Assembly (NCBI RefSeq): GCF_006345805.1
Contig: NC_042998.1
Location: forward strand, 75,330,001 to 75,394,000
Reading direction: 5' to 3'
From: Octopus sinensis
Lineage: Eukaryota
DNA length: 64,000 bases
A program made the translations under genes and the position numbers. Positions 1-13,732 of the stretch are shown one piece after another. Position 1 is the first letter of the stretch; each line of letters starts with the position of its first letter. The notes below the pieces were generated by a model. The model had not been told where the DNA came from and did no database searches. It saw only the letters and a list, made by a program, of their open reading frames with translations.

Positions 1-511
1 ATAAATACGATCTGCCAAGAATTACAAAATAGAAAAAACAAATATTGTTTTATTAAATTCGGAAATTGATAAATATACTGTGAACCAAGATAGAATTATC
101 ACGAAGATATTCTCCGTTTTGGTCGTAGTCATCAAGCTTTTTAACCTTCGTTTTATATTAATAAATATCCTTGATAGTCTAATATCGATATATTAGGTAA
201 ATATGTAAAACGATATTTCAACATGGCAATGATCTCCATGCGTTCAACTCGCCATAGAATTGTTCGTTTCGAAGAAAGGGATTCTCCCCGTCTCAAAAAC
301 AATTGATGTTATCCTCATCTTCATTATCATAATTATCGATTGATTAATTAAATCTTTAGAGAGTTGATGTAAATGATTTACACGTTCCACCTAAAATTGC
401 TGGTCTTCTGCCAAAATTTTAAATCTTTAACATTTTTGTTGACGTTGTTTTTGTTTTTGCTGCTGATGATTTTGTTGTTGTTGCTGTTGTTGTTTCTATT
501 TTATTATTATT

Positions 512-562
512 AAGGCGGTGAGGTGGCTAAATCAATAGCACGTCGGACAAAATGCTGAGCGG
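512..562 (+). mobile_element. Truncated tRNA-derived SINE head (family A)
   Basis: AAGGCGGTGAGGTGGCTAAATCAATAGCACGTCGGACAAAATGCTGAGCGG matches the heads of the fuller copies at 20004, 45881 and 46113. Confidence 0.6.
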
Positions 563-794
563 AGATACGAATAAAATGGAGGAGGAGCCGTCAATGAAAA
601 TTCATTAAACCCAGTAGAAGCTAGACCATCTCTATGACTACAATTATCACAAACACAACTACAACCAAATTAACACACACACACACACCAAGAGTAAAGC
701 AAAAAATGCTCGTTGAAACAAACACAGTTAGCATCTCTCCTTCCTTAAGTATAAAGTAATTTATCCTTTTTCTCATTTCGTCTTTCCAAACATA

Positions 795-3720
795 CCTGCA
801 GTTAGGACATGCGGTGTAAATGCACGTGTTGTAGGCTCACTTTAGATGCAGGACTACATACTCAGCAACTTTTGATCACTAGAGATGGATATGGTCGCCA
901 TCAACGCGATCAGATTTACCGATCTGCCAACTTTCATACCTATTTTCCGTGGATATTGGATCTACTTATCTCCAAGTCTACCAGGAATGGGAATGAGATC
1001 TTTATGTTGTTTCGGAAGATTCAGGATCTTACAATACCTACCATCTTCTGGAACCAAAAGCTAAGCTGTTGGTTATGGATGTGAGCAACAGTGAAGGAGT
1101 GCCTTCAGAATTCTGATCCTGTCAATGTGTAAACAGCCCTGACAGGAGTAGAACTGCTTGATTTCTTAAGGCGTCTGAAGGTTTTCTTGACAACGTTCTG
1201 ATCTTGAATGCTAGTGGACGACTGAAACGACACGTTGGATACTCAGCTGGATTTTTTAGGGGTAGCCGACATGCGAAGGGGTTTCTAAAGTCTCACAAAC
1301 CTGCTCAGAAGTTTCCAGTTGCTGAGATATGCCAAATACATTTGACAAATACGCCAAGGTGGACATGGATGAATTACTTAGGTTCATGCAGGTTGTAGAC
1401 CAAGATAAGGAATTTTATAGGCCAGTAGATAAAGATGGTATAGATTATCCACATTTTAAAATCATCGACTATACAGAAACAACAAATTTCTGATGTGTAC
1501 ACTCGACGTAGGTATGCTTCTAAGGCTGGGGAATCGGTCGCTGGAAGCTGAACGTGTCACTCACGGTGAGCTAAGATTACGGAAACTGTATTAGTGAATT
1601 TGTTTATGGTGGTTTGCCATTAAAAAGGCAATAGAGTAGAATTGATTAGATTTAAGAAGGCTGTACCGATAGAAAAATATAGAATAGAAGGTGACTTTGC
1701 TTGAAGCTTTAAAGCGGCGCTCCACTTGACAGTCTGTTTATGAATCCCACTGATATTTATAGCATTGCAATCGGCGTGGGATTGGACCCTCGGTCAAATC
1801 TTCGACGCGAAGCACAAAGGCTACATTGTCAGAACTAAAACAATTTCTCGAAGATACAAGGGGACGAAAGCCGGTATATTGTGTAAACAATGCCACAATT
1901 CGATCTTTGGTGTGTCTTAAAGTATGCATGCTACTGAACCTTTAGTAGATATGTGCGGCTTTTCAGAGCCACTGCGAACGCTTGATCGGGACGAATAATG
2001 AATCGAAAGGCAAGATGGATTTCAATGTTGAGCTTTATGATCTAACGCCACTGCCGACATGAGCGGTAGGGTGCGGCGAAAAACTGATAAAAGCCACGTA
2101 GATACGGCAAGCAATGATTAGTTGAATGGGCTCAAATCATTTCATTTGGATGGTCTGTCCCATTAGCTTTCAGTTTATATATCAAACTTGTTTGAATAAC
2201 TCTTGGTAGATATCTGCCAGCAGCAGAATGGGAGAATTCCCATTTCCTGTGAGCTGAAGTGTGACAGCAATGCTAAGAAAAGACCAAAACAAAGATCTAA
2301 TTGGTATTTTAGGCCCAATTAGATTTCAAAGTTTTGGCGAAGGTGTAAGCAAAGATGTTGGCACTTCTCATCGATGGTCTAACAGGTAATGCACAAGCAT
2401 GCACCATCCCAAATAGATCTTTCAACCTTCTACGACAACCTCCAATTCGTGCAATTCATCGTAGAGACGTAAATAATTTAGCTTTTGCTAAGGTCGACCA
2501 CCAAAACTTGACGGATCTCCTTACGGCGGCAGGTTTTGGTTTCGTCTTCTGCTGTCGGATTACTGCAATGTATAGCGACACCTGCTAGGTGGTTCGGGTG
2601 AATAGTCACAAATTGGAACGAAATCAGTATTATGCACTCGGACCCTCAAAGACATCCCCTAATGCCCTTTCTGTGTGTACTCACGTGAGAATCGCTACAG
2701 TAGAAACTGGAATTGTGAGAGGAATCCTGTGAGGACTTCGATGTGAGATAAACTTGTCGGGATAAGCGGACGCCGCCATCCTCATAGTGTTGGATACTAA
2801 ACATACACCGGTGATTGGCACTGCTCTAAAGTAATGAAAAGAGACAAATCAACCAAGAAAAGTAATTGGACATGCAAATAGGCACTCGAAGAGACAGATC
2901 CGTACTGTCAAAATGTGTCGCAGAACGCTTACTGAAGGAACAGTTAAATTGATTCGGATATTCTTTGATCCAGATCTTTAACTGGAGAAGAAGGAGGATG
3001 CGGTGACGAGTATGATGGAGAATCTCACTCAGAAATGGGCCGTGAGGTATTCTGAGACTACGATGTTTTTAGCGCTTCCTTGGCGGCGAGAAGGCGTGGT
3101 CGCAGTGTGTTAGACTCGCTTTTCTGTACCTTACTCTTTGACAGGAGCAATGATGTTTTCAAGAAGACTCGGGGCATTGACGAGAATCAACTAGCTGCTC
3201 TGTTCTGGGGGACTTGCACACGATGGCCCGTGGATAACGTTCAGAAATATCTAGCCTGGCAGTGCTATCAGGGGCATTGTTCGAAATAAAGTCTGCAAAT
3301 ATGGAAGTGCTGTCAGCCGAGCCTTCCCGCGATGTGTGCAGAGCGACGAAACTGGTCGCAGGAATTCTTCCAGTGTTTGAGTATTGCTGGTTTGTGGAGT
3401 TAAGTCGAAAACCTGCTGACAGATATAAGACGGATCCGACTATCATCCGAGTCCATTGTGAAGACTATCTTGCTGCCTTCTTTTGATCGAATAGAGCAGA
3501 GTTTATCTGTCTGCCGGTCTTAGAAAAGAGATTATGTGGTAGATGAAACTGAAAGGGCTGAAAACAGACACCTTTAGCCAGGCCGTCGTCAACTTTTTCA
3601 AGTTCCCGCTGAACAGAAAAGCGAGGGTGGAGAGGGAAATATTGCCTTCCAACAAAATTATTGAAAGGTTGGTGAATGCAGCATGAGAGATCCGATTTAA
3701 AGAGCCTAGTTTGAGCATTT
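795..3720 (+). mobile_element. Decayed Tx1/L1-clade LINE ORF2 (APE endonuclease + RT), many stops and frameshifts
   Basis: Manual translation is colinear with ORF2 of the element at 38679-41798: CGVNARVVG (EN start), PRWTW, GRWKLN, FDAKHKGYIVRTK, AFAKVDHQNL..GFG, SG*ADAAILIV (decayed YADD at 2763-2774), VDNVQKYLAWQCY, KEIMW*MKLKG. Confidence 0.85.
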
Positions 3721-3840
3721 CCTGAAGCTGTAGGAAGGAGAGTGAGGAGATGTAATCGCTGTAATCTACTCGCCCTCTCCTCTCAAAATTACAAGCTTTG
3801 TGCTACAATTAGTAAGAATATTATTATTACTGTTATTATT

Positions 3841-4043
3841 AAGGCAGGGAGAGTGCGAAATTGTTAATGCATAACACAATCTGCTTAGCAGTATTATTTC
3901 TGGATTTTTATATTCAAATTACACCGAGATCGACTTTATCATACATTCCTTCAAGGTCAATATATTAAGTATCCGTTGAGCACGGGGGTCGATGTAATTG
4001 ATCAATTCCTCTAAAACTAATGGCCTTGTGTCAAATTTGAAAC
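3841..4043 (+). mobile_element. Degenerate SINE family A copy
   Basis: Recognisable blocks TTCAAATTACACCGAGATCGACTTT, GGGGTCGATGTAATTGA and GGCCTTGTGTCAAATTTGAAA, shared with copies at 45881 and 46113. Confidence 0.65.
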
Positions 4044-4511
4044 AATTATCATTATTATTATTGCATATTTTTGATATGATATTCTCACAATGCTCTCGCT
4101 TTTTGAATATCATTTTTTTTGTTTAGTTATTCTAAAAAATTTCCGTTTCAATTTGCTCAAGTGGTTTTCAAGAAAAATGAGAATATTGATGATGGTTTTT
4201 CATTTCGTAGTGTTACATATTATTCTAGCTTCTTTTAAGTTTCCAAATTTTCTTTTAATTTCTTCTTTTCTGGCTATTCTATCTACTTCAATATTGTTCA
4301 TACCCACCGTTCAATAAAATTTTCGAATTTTGTTCTTAAAAACTGAAGTTTGACAGAATTGCATTTCTTTAACATTATAGCAAGTATTTGCTTTTAACAA
4401 ATATACTGCTTTTTTATATTCAAAGCTTCGCAGTATATTTTGTTCAATGTTTATGCTATACAGCTATACAAAGTCTGTGTATATATATGTGTGTGCATGT
4501 ATGTGTATTTG

Positions 4512-4739
4512 TGTTTGTCTCCCCAACATCGCTTGACAACAGATGCTGGTGTGTTTACGTCCCCGTAACTTAGCGGTTCGGTAAACAAAATACCGATCGA
4601 ATAAGTACCAGGCTTACAAAGAATAAGTCCTGGGGTCGATTTGCTCGACCAAAGGCAGTGCTCTAGCATGGCCGCAGTCAAATGACTGTAGCAGCTAAAA
4701 GAATAAAAGAATGACTGTAACGGGTAAAAGAATAAAAGA

Positions 4740-4740
<1 letters not shown>
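4512..4740 (+). mobile_element. SINE family B, 3' half
   Basis: CATCGCTTGACAACAGATGCTGGTGTGTTTACGTCCCCGTAACTTAGCGGTTCGG ... AGCATGGCCGCAGTCAAATGACTG ... AAAAGAATAAAAGA; homologous to 15130-15298 and 56360-56500. Confidence 0.8.
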
Positions 4741-4819
<79 letters not shown>

Positions 4820-6184
4820 TATACTCATATGTATGTATGTATGTATGTACGTATGCGTGCATGTATTCATTCGTTAATGTTGATATATTCTGTTTTGTTA
4901 AGCTTTACAAGCTAGAAACTAGGCAATTACGTTTTATAGTAGCCATTAACTTTAGATGGAAAGGAACTGATATTGTTTCATGATCAAAACCATTTTTATT
5001 TCAACTTCGTGTCCTATGCATTTTATGCAGTGCAAGTATTTTTCTTCTCTCCATTCTCTTCTGTTTTGTCAGGTAGTAACGATGCAGGGGATTTTTTCTT
5101 TTCTTTTCTTTTCTTTTTGTTTTGCAACATGTTATAAAATTTTAACTTTTCTTATTACAGTTAGATTTTAGTTGTTTTTTTAGAATTTCACTATATGTCT
5201 TTCTCAAAGATTTTTGTTAAGTCAGCCTCTATTTCGTGTTTGATCCTCATCACTTAAAATAAAATTTGATGTGAAAACGCTACATTGTAATATTTCATCG
5301 GTAAATAATTGCTTCTTAAAGGATGAATTTCATATTGTATGAAACGAAGGATTGATTCACAACACAATTCTGAAGGGAATAGGCGAAAGTACAGAACATG
5401 TCTCTGGGGATAATCACTATTTAGCGAGTCCAGTAAAACTTTATGACATTCGAAAAATTCTAGGTGGTTACAGGTGTAATTACAGAAATAATGGACAAAA
5501 TACCTGGACACAGATACAATTTCCTACAATAATGTAGGAAATTAGACATGCGGTTTGTCTATTACTTAAATAATCGTGCTTTGCTACACTAGAGTGATAC
5601 ACAGATGTTGCTCTTGGTATTGTAATTCAAGGTAACACCTCATTAAACACTCTCATGATGAATGACATTCTAGCCACGACCCATCCGTCTTTTCCTCTGT
5701 GCATAGGAACCAAGATCCTATTATGTAGAGTCTCCCTTCTTAAGACGGTACCATCTGTTATAAAGAAGATGCGATTGCTATTTCTTACAATTCGAACGGC
5801 CTCGTGCTGGCCCCGTCCTTATCTTAGCGTTCATGCCTGGTAAACTTAGCTTTCCTTGTTCACACGCCAGAAGGATGTTCTTCAATTTTGCAACATCTTT
5901 ATATTCCCCTTAAAGCAAAACTATTCATTCAGCAACAATGAAAATTTCTCTCTATATGCCACTATCTTCAATTCCCCTTCCTCTGAACTAGCTAACGGTA
6001 GATAGTCGCATATATAGGTGCATATATAGGTGCATATATCTGTGTGGGTATGTATCTGTTTGTTTGTGTATGTATATGAGTCTGTCTGTATGTATACGTG
6101 CATGCATTTACATATACATACACGCATAAACCCCCCCCACACACACACACACATATACATACATATATACATACATACACACAC

Positions 6185-6720
6185 ACACTTGCTCCTTAGG
6201 CATGGTGTATTTGCAAAGATATTTACCATACTATCCACGGGATGGATTGCCCTGGCGTATATATCAAATACATGTCTGGACCAGTATGTATTCACACCTT
6301 TAAAAACAAGGTATACTAATAGAACACTCCATAAAAAACAGCAATTCAATGCAAAAATAACAGAGCAGTTATTGTTCTGTAGGGCAGGAAACAAAAGTTA
6401 TCCACTGTTGTAGAGGTTAGCTGCCCACCGGATGTGAATGTACCACCAAAAATCCAAGAAAAAGAGGTCATTTATGGTGAATTAATGCGAACTCTTTTGT
6501 ACAACTCTTTTGTACCCTGACTATAAATTCTCATTTGTACCTGCTACCATAGATGCATCAGTCTATGTACCTACCAATTTACACAAGAAACAGAAATAAT
6601 AGGTCTTTGGAAGAAGGGACAAACGAAACTGGCGCGAATTCTCCAAAACCAATGTTAGAAGCACAGATATGAAAGATGCTCTAAAGATTCTCCACCTGAC
6701 ATTTTTAGATGAATAGATGC
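6185..6720 (+). mobile_element. R4/Dong-like non-LTR retrotransposon C-terminal fragment (restriction-like endonuclease domain), decayed
   Basis: Translation LLRHGVFAKIF ... CKNNRAVIVL*GRKQKLSTVVEVSCPPDVNVPPKIQEKEVIYGELMR ... LYPDYKFSFVP resembles the RHD ... PD-x-D/E RLE region of R4-clade elements. Confidence 0.65.
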
Positions 6721-6841
6721 ACACACTTTGAAGTGTGCGTCAACAGCTCAAACAACACACCAGCTTCACATATACACATACATACATGCATACGTACATA
6801 CATACATACATACATACTACATACATACATACATAAATACA

Positions 6842-6872
<31 letters not shown>

Positions 6873-6876
6873 CTGT

Positions 6877-6994
6877 ATGTTTAAGAAGCTCGCTTTGAAA
6901 GCATGTGGTTTCGGGTTAAATCCTAACAGGTGACACTTTCGTCTTGTCTCTTTTACCTGTGTGAGTGAATTCAATAGACGGAAGCCTGTCGTAG
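6877..6994 (+). mobile_element. SINE family B head fragment
   Basis: AAGAAGCTCGCTTTGAAAGCATGTGGTTTCGGGTTAAATCC ... GTGAGTGAATTCAATAGACGGAAGCCTGTCGTA resembles the head at 14959-15075. Confidence 0.5.
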
Positions 6995-7029
6995 ACCTGG
7001 TGGACACAAAATACTACAAAAATCTAGTA

Positions 7030-9170
7030 TTGTCCATGTTAGAAACTGATACATTCTACGTGAAATTTTAAAACTCTAGTCAACAAAAAACAATGTGAAA
7101 TCTTGTAATCATAATATGGAAAAGTTCTGAGAGACAGGAAATAGATTATATTACGAACATTATATATAAACCTAGTTTTTTCAACAGCTTAGCTAAAATA
7201 CAGAAGAGCCAGATAATTAATGAAACCTGCAAACAGTAACCAGTCATATACATCAATATCCCAGCACCTGAATATTTTAAGTTAAGACACATTATTGCTA
7301 GTCCAACGTGTGAAACCCACCGCCTTAGCAACTTTCTAGACACCCTGCTGAAACCCCTTTTGAAATATATCAAAACTTTAATTAGAGACACTCTAGGTAT
7401 GTTAAACCACCCACCAAAATCAATTAATGAAGAAACAATCACGATTCCCTTCGATGCTGTTACTCCATACACCAATATCCCATACAAATGTAGAATAGAA
7501 CCAATCAAATTCTGGCTAGAAAATTACCCCGAAGAACTTCCAAAGTGCATGAACCAGGATTTTATTATTGAAACTTTATTCCTTCAGAACTTTGTATTTG
7601 ATGACACCCACTCCTGATATTAATGTGGAATTGCAATGGGAACAAAAACAGCCCCAGTTCTTGCAAACGTAATAATGGGATATTTAGAATTAGCCATACA
7701 TGAAGTATCACTAGAATAGTATGGATACCCACCTAAGCATTATATAAGAGAGAACTAGAAAAGATATCTGGATGACTGCTGTACCATTCGGATTGAAAAC
7801 CTTTAATAAACATTTTTATTTTAAATCATTACTAAATAATATATATCCAAATATTCAGTTTACAATGGAGTACAGCAAAGAACAACTCCCATTCCTAGAT
7901 ATTTTGATAAATATAGTCAATAACAAAATTGAAACCGGTATCTCATAAACCAACGAGCACAAAGTAATATCGTTTGTTTAGTTAATGCCACTCGAAACAC
8001 ATCAAAAGAATATTCCTTTTAAATTAGCGAAAATCATTGCACAATAGTGTCTGATACAAATAATTCGACTTCAAGACTTCAGAACAACACTAGCCGAGAG
8101 ACACTATCAAAGCTCATTTATCGATGATGGAATTAAACGTACCAAGGAAATATACACCAAAACACTAAGGGCAACAAAACGAAATACCACACCTCATATA
8201 AAAGTACAACCCTATATATATACACACAACCCTAGAAACAATGAGGCATAGAACACCATTATTCCAATTCTACCAATATCCACTACAGATCCAAAGATGA
8301 ACGTTCTACAAACACACACATTCAACAAATTTAAAAAACAACCTATATCACTAAAAAGACTACTGACAAATAAGAAGCCATACCCAACCATAACGAAATC
8401 AATAGTTAAAAAATGCGGACGTCCAAATTCTGGAACATTCCCCAGCCTACTAGAAGTTTCGCAATTCCATTTTAAACAAGCACAGAGATTTACAATTGAG
8501 AATAATTTCACCTATGCATGCAATAACTTGTTCAGGGTGTGGACACAACTATACACGTCAAACAAGGTTGTCACTTAGACAGTAAACTACACTGCATAAT
8601 GATCAGATCCGTTTCTCAAGGTATAGGCAGATACCATTCAGTGAACACATAGAGAGATGTACTGGGAATCTCCAACCAAACTTCACGGTTTTCCCCATCT
8701 ACTAGTGCAAGAACGATTAAATAAAGAAAATATATTTATTGAAATATACAAGGTACACCTGAATATTAACGCATAACCAATTTTGGTTTTTGTAAATATT
8801 TTGATTGTGGAACCTATAGCCAGTACTGTACATATTTTATCTCACTACTTTAACTCGAATTCATGTAAATTTACCCTCCCCAAAAAGTGTTCCCACACCA
8901 AAACCGTGCAATTATCTCCCCCTGTCTTGAATAATAGCAATCACTAATTAACTCGCCTTGAATGTTTTCTACATGCTGATTAATTTACCAACAAAGTCTC
9001 ATACAAGCAACATGGATTAAAACGGTTTAAGAAAATACGCAATTGCAGTATTTTCACCAATTTCATTGTCATAATTAGCGAAATGCGAAACCGGTCAATT
9101 ATCAAAATATTCTCTCCCTTAAAATATATTAGAAATTTATGAATTGTGTGCATTTTGATCTTTTCCCTAG
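7030..9170 (+). mobile_element. Penelope-like retroelement relic (RT + GIY-YIG + 3' pLTR)
   Basis: RLSNFLDTLLKPLLKYIK..IRD, FDAVTPYTNIP, GIAMGTK, RYLDDC (7765-7776), KKCGRPNSG linker and GIY-YIG remnants; homologous to 57400-59500. Confidence 0.85.
9071..9102 (+). ncRNA. Decayed hammerhead ribozyme relic (core deleted)
   Basis: ATAATT-A-GC GAAAT GC-GAAA-CCGG-TC-AATTAT: stems I, II and III and the GUC site are present, but CUGANG is missing; lies at the 3' end of a PLE. Confidence 0.5.
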
Positions 9171-9279
9171 AACTCATCAGGTGGGCAAAACCTTTTCCAC
9201 GAAATTCTTTTTCCCTATATATATATATATTATATATATATATATAATATATATATATATAATATATATATATATATAT

Positions 9280-11331
9280 GAATAGCGTTCAGTTAATAGT
9301 TCAGTTAATAGAGCTAAGAGAATGTAAGGTAACGTAGGTTTCAAAGAAACGGCAACGTTCGAGATATTGACAAACACAACAGATTATTTTCCTCAATATA
9401 TTCTTTGAAAGGCACAATTTATCATATAAAATATAGGATATATATATAAAATATATAAATATGTAGATATAAAATATAAAGTGAATTTCCTGTACAGAAC
9501 AATAAGTTAGTGCTCAGTCAATAGAGCTAAGAGAATTTAGAGTAATGTTGTTTCAAGGAAAAAGCAATTTTCGAGATATTGACAACTGAAAAACATTTTC
9601 CTCAATATTCCTCAATATATTCACAGTTCATCATATAAAATATATACTATATAATTCGCTCAAAAAATCGAATACTCAAGTTCACCGATCAAATTTATAC
9701 GGCCCTTTCGAGGAAGGTATTTCATGATGGGTGGGCAATTTGTACCCATTTCAAATATATACATTTCCTTCATCAAAGATTATTTGAAAAGTTTAAAATG
9801 TTATTTAAGAGGTTTTTAAAAGACTCTATACTTGGACCAGGTATCCTATGTTGCGATAAAAAATTTCTTCAGATAGCTGAAGCAAATTCTAAAATGAGGG
9901 TTAAATGTACTACAAATGTTACAGAAAAATTATGCATTACAGACATTCTAAATAATATAAGGTATGAAAGGTCGGAATTTAAGTTTCAATTATTAATATG
10001 GGTTGACTCTACATTAGTATTCGCTTTTTTTTTTTAGCTGCCCATACATCATTTTAATATTTTCGATTCTGCAATGCATTGACCGTGTACATTTAACCTT
10101 CAGCCGTTTTTATGTTTCAGAACAGATTAACAATTTCAGGCGATCTCATACGGATATATATATTTATATATTTTTAAATAATAAATTAAATTTTAAAAAT
10201 ACAGTTGAAAATCTAATAATTTATTTATGTTACAATATATCATAATATACTATGAATATAATATAATGTAAGATAACAAACAATTATTAAAAAACCAAAA
10301 CGCCAACAATTTGTTTCGACTAATATACATTTTCTGATACATAGACAATTCAGTTCGTTTATATAAACTTCGTCACGGCCCATTGGTTTGAAGATAGACG
10401 AAATTCCGTGTGAAAGGACGGCTGGATTGTAAAAAAATAATTCAAATGCCTATGTACTACAGGCATGAGCGTTAGCCATTCAACTACATATCAATTACAA
10501 TTAAAAGCAACAAAATTATAATGGACAAAATAATTAAATAAGAATAATTTCTATATATTTCAAATAATATTAAAGCAAATTCGTTTATATCGAAGACAAT
10601 CTTTCGCTATTATACTAACATACAACAATAATGTATATGTATATAATTAAGTATTAGGATCTTACTTAAACTAGAAACTGTAATAAAACGTGTAAAAAAT
10701 ATAAATGATAATTGTATCTTTAATATATAATAACTCTTCTATTTATTTAAAGATATTGACATAAAAAAGATTGTTTAAAGTAACTAATAAACATATTCTT
10801 TATTATTGTTTATCGGAGGAAGAATTCCGTAATAAATATGAATAGAAACTTAACAAAAATTTTTTATCGCTGGAATTCAAAATTATATTTCCTTTTATCA
10901 TAGAAAATTCGATACATACATACATAAACACACACGCACGTGCACACAGACACACATTTATGTATATATATACATATGGAGATTGGTCTGTCTTCACTGA
11001 TGATTGCCGTCTCCCTGTGCCTCCTTGGTATCAATGGAAATTCTTACTTTCTGTCCGTGGCTTCTCAGATGACTAGTCAATCTCACTACAGATCTGCACG
11101 TTTTTAAGTATAGGTAACATAGGTGACAGGGAAAATGCATAACTTACTGAGGAGTTCCAGCTGGTTAGGTGTACACCCCTCGCCACTACTCCATCGTCAT
11201 AGGTCTTTCAATAGATGGCATAATAGAAGCCACGTAAAGAGAAATCGGTGGTTTCATTGGTCGTCTCTTTTCCGCCTGTTACAGAACATAGAGTGACACT
11301 CGTGTTGCAAACGCGTTTCTCACTATATTCC

Positions 11332-11367
<36 letters not shown>

Positions 11368-11409
11368 CATCATATAAATGCATATACAAGCTTATACATG
11401 TATATATAT

Positions 11410-11454
<45 letters not shown>

Positions 11455-11464
11455 TATATATATA

Positions 11465-11499
<35 letters not shown>

Positions 11500-13562
11500 A
11501 ATAGCGTTCAGTTAATAGTTCAGTTAATAGTTCAGTTAATAGAGCTAAGAGAATGTAAGGTAACGTAGGTTTCAAAGAAACGGCAACGTTCGAGATATTG
11601 ACAAACACAACAGATTATTTTCCTCAATATATTCTTTGAAAGGCACAATTTATCATATAAAATATAGGATATATATATAAAATATATAAATATGTAGATA
11701 TAAAATATAAAGTGAATTTCCTGTACAGAACAATAAGTTAGTGCTCAGTCAATAGAGCTAAGAGAATTTAGAGTAATGTAGGTTTCAAGGAAAAAGCAAT
11801 TTTCGAGATATTGACAACTGAAAAACATTTTCCTCAATATTCCTCAATATATTCACAGTTCATCATATAAAATATATACTATATAATTCGCTCAAAAAAT
11901 CGAATACTCAAGTTCACCGATCAAATTTATACGGCCCTTTCGAGGAAGGTATTTCATGATGGGTGGGCAATTTGTACCCATTTCAAATATATACATTTCC
12001 TTATCAAAGATTATTTGAAAAGTTTAAAATGTTATTTAAGAGGTTTTTAAAAGACTCTATACTTGGACCAGGTATCCTATGTTGCGATAAAAAATTTCTT
12101 CAGATAGCTGAAGCAAATTCTAAAATGAGGGTTAAATGTACTACAAATGTTACAGAAAAATTATGCATTACAGACATTCTAAATAATATAAGGTATGAAA
12201 GGTCGGAATTTAAGTTTCAATTATTAATATGGGTTGACTCTACATTAGTATTCGCTTTTTTTTTTTAGCTGCCCATACATCATTTTAATATTTTCGATTC
12301 TGCAATGCATTGACCGTGTACATTTAACCTTCAGCCGTTTTTATGTTTCAGAACAGATTAACAATTTCAGGCGATCTCATACGGATATATATATTTATAT
12401 ATTTTTAAATAATAAATTAAATTTTAAAAATACAGTTGAAAATCTAATAATTTATTTATGTTACAATATATCATAATATACTATGAATATAATATAATGT
12501 AAGATAACAAACAATTATTAAAAAACCAAAACGCCAACAATTTGTTTCGACTAATATACATTTTCTGATACATAGACAATTCAGTTCGTTTATATAAACT
12601 TCGTCACGGCCCATTGGTTTGAAGATAGACGAAATTCCGTGTGAAAGGACGGCTGGATTGTAAAAAAATAATTCAAATGCCTATGTACTACAGGCATGAG
12701 CGTTAGCCATTCAACTACATATCAATTACAATTAAAAGCAACAAAATTATAATGGACAAAATAATTAAATAAGAATAATTTCTATATATTTCAAATAATA
12801 TTAAAGCAAATTCGTTTATATCGAAGACAATCTTTCGCTATTATACTAACATACAACAATAATGTATATGTATATAATTAAGTATTAGGATCTTACTTAA
12901 ACTAGAAACTGTAATAAAACGTGTAAAAAATATAAATGATAATTGTATCTTTAATATATAATAACTCTTCTATTTATTTAAAGATATTGACATAAAAAAG
13001 ATTGTTTAAAGTAACTAATAAACATATTCTTTATTATTGTTTATCGGAGGAAGAATTCCGTAATAAATATGAATAGAAACTTAACAAAAATTTTTTATCG
13101 CTGGAATTCAAAATTATATTTCCTTTTATCATAGAAAATTCGATACATACATACATAAACACACACGCACGTGCACACAGACACACATTTATGTATATAT
13201 ATACATATGGAGATTGGTCTGTCTTCACTGATGATTGCCGTCTCCCTGTGCCTCCTTGGTATCAATGGAAATTCTTACTTTCTGTCCGTGGCTTCTCAGA
13301 TGACTAGTCAATCTCACTACAGATCTGCACGTTTTTAAGTATAGGTAACATAGGTGACAGGGAAAATGCATAACTTACTGAGGAGTTCCAGCTGGTTAGG
13401 TGTACACCCCTCGCCACTACTCCATCGTCATAGGTCTTTCAATAGATGGCATAATAGAAGCCACGTAAAGAGAAATCGGTGGTTTCATTGGTCGTCTCTT
13501 TTCCGCCTGTTACAGAACATAGAGTGACACTCGTGTTGCAAACGCGTTTCTCACTATATTCC

Positions 13563-13598
<36 letters not shown>

Positions 13599-13642
13599 CA
13601 TCATATAAATGCATATACAAGCTTATACATGTATATATATAT

Positions 13643-13726
<84 letters not shown>

Positions 13727-13730
13727 GTAT
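9280..13730. repeat. Tandem duplication of a ~2.23 kb unit (9280-11498 / 11499-~13730)
   Basis: Same text recurs at an offset of ~2231 (ORFs 10803 vs 13034, 11248 vs 13479); differences are a few small indels and substitutions; unit ends fall in (TA)n/(CA)n. Confidence 0.95.
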
Positions 13731-13732
13731 AT

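Noticed and set aside
11963-12268. 101-aa ORF (79-aa version at 9798) in the duplicated unit
   Set aside because: No recognisable motif; its length differs between copies through a 1-bp indel; AT-rich chance ORF.
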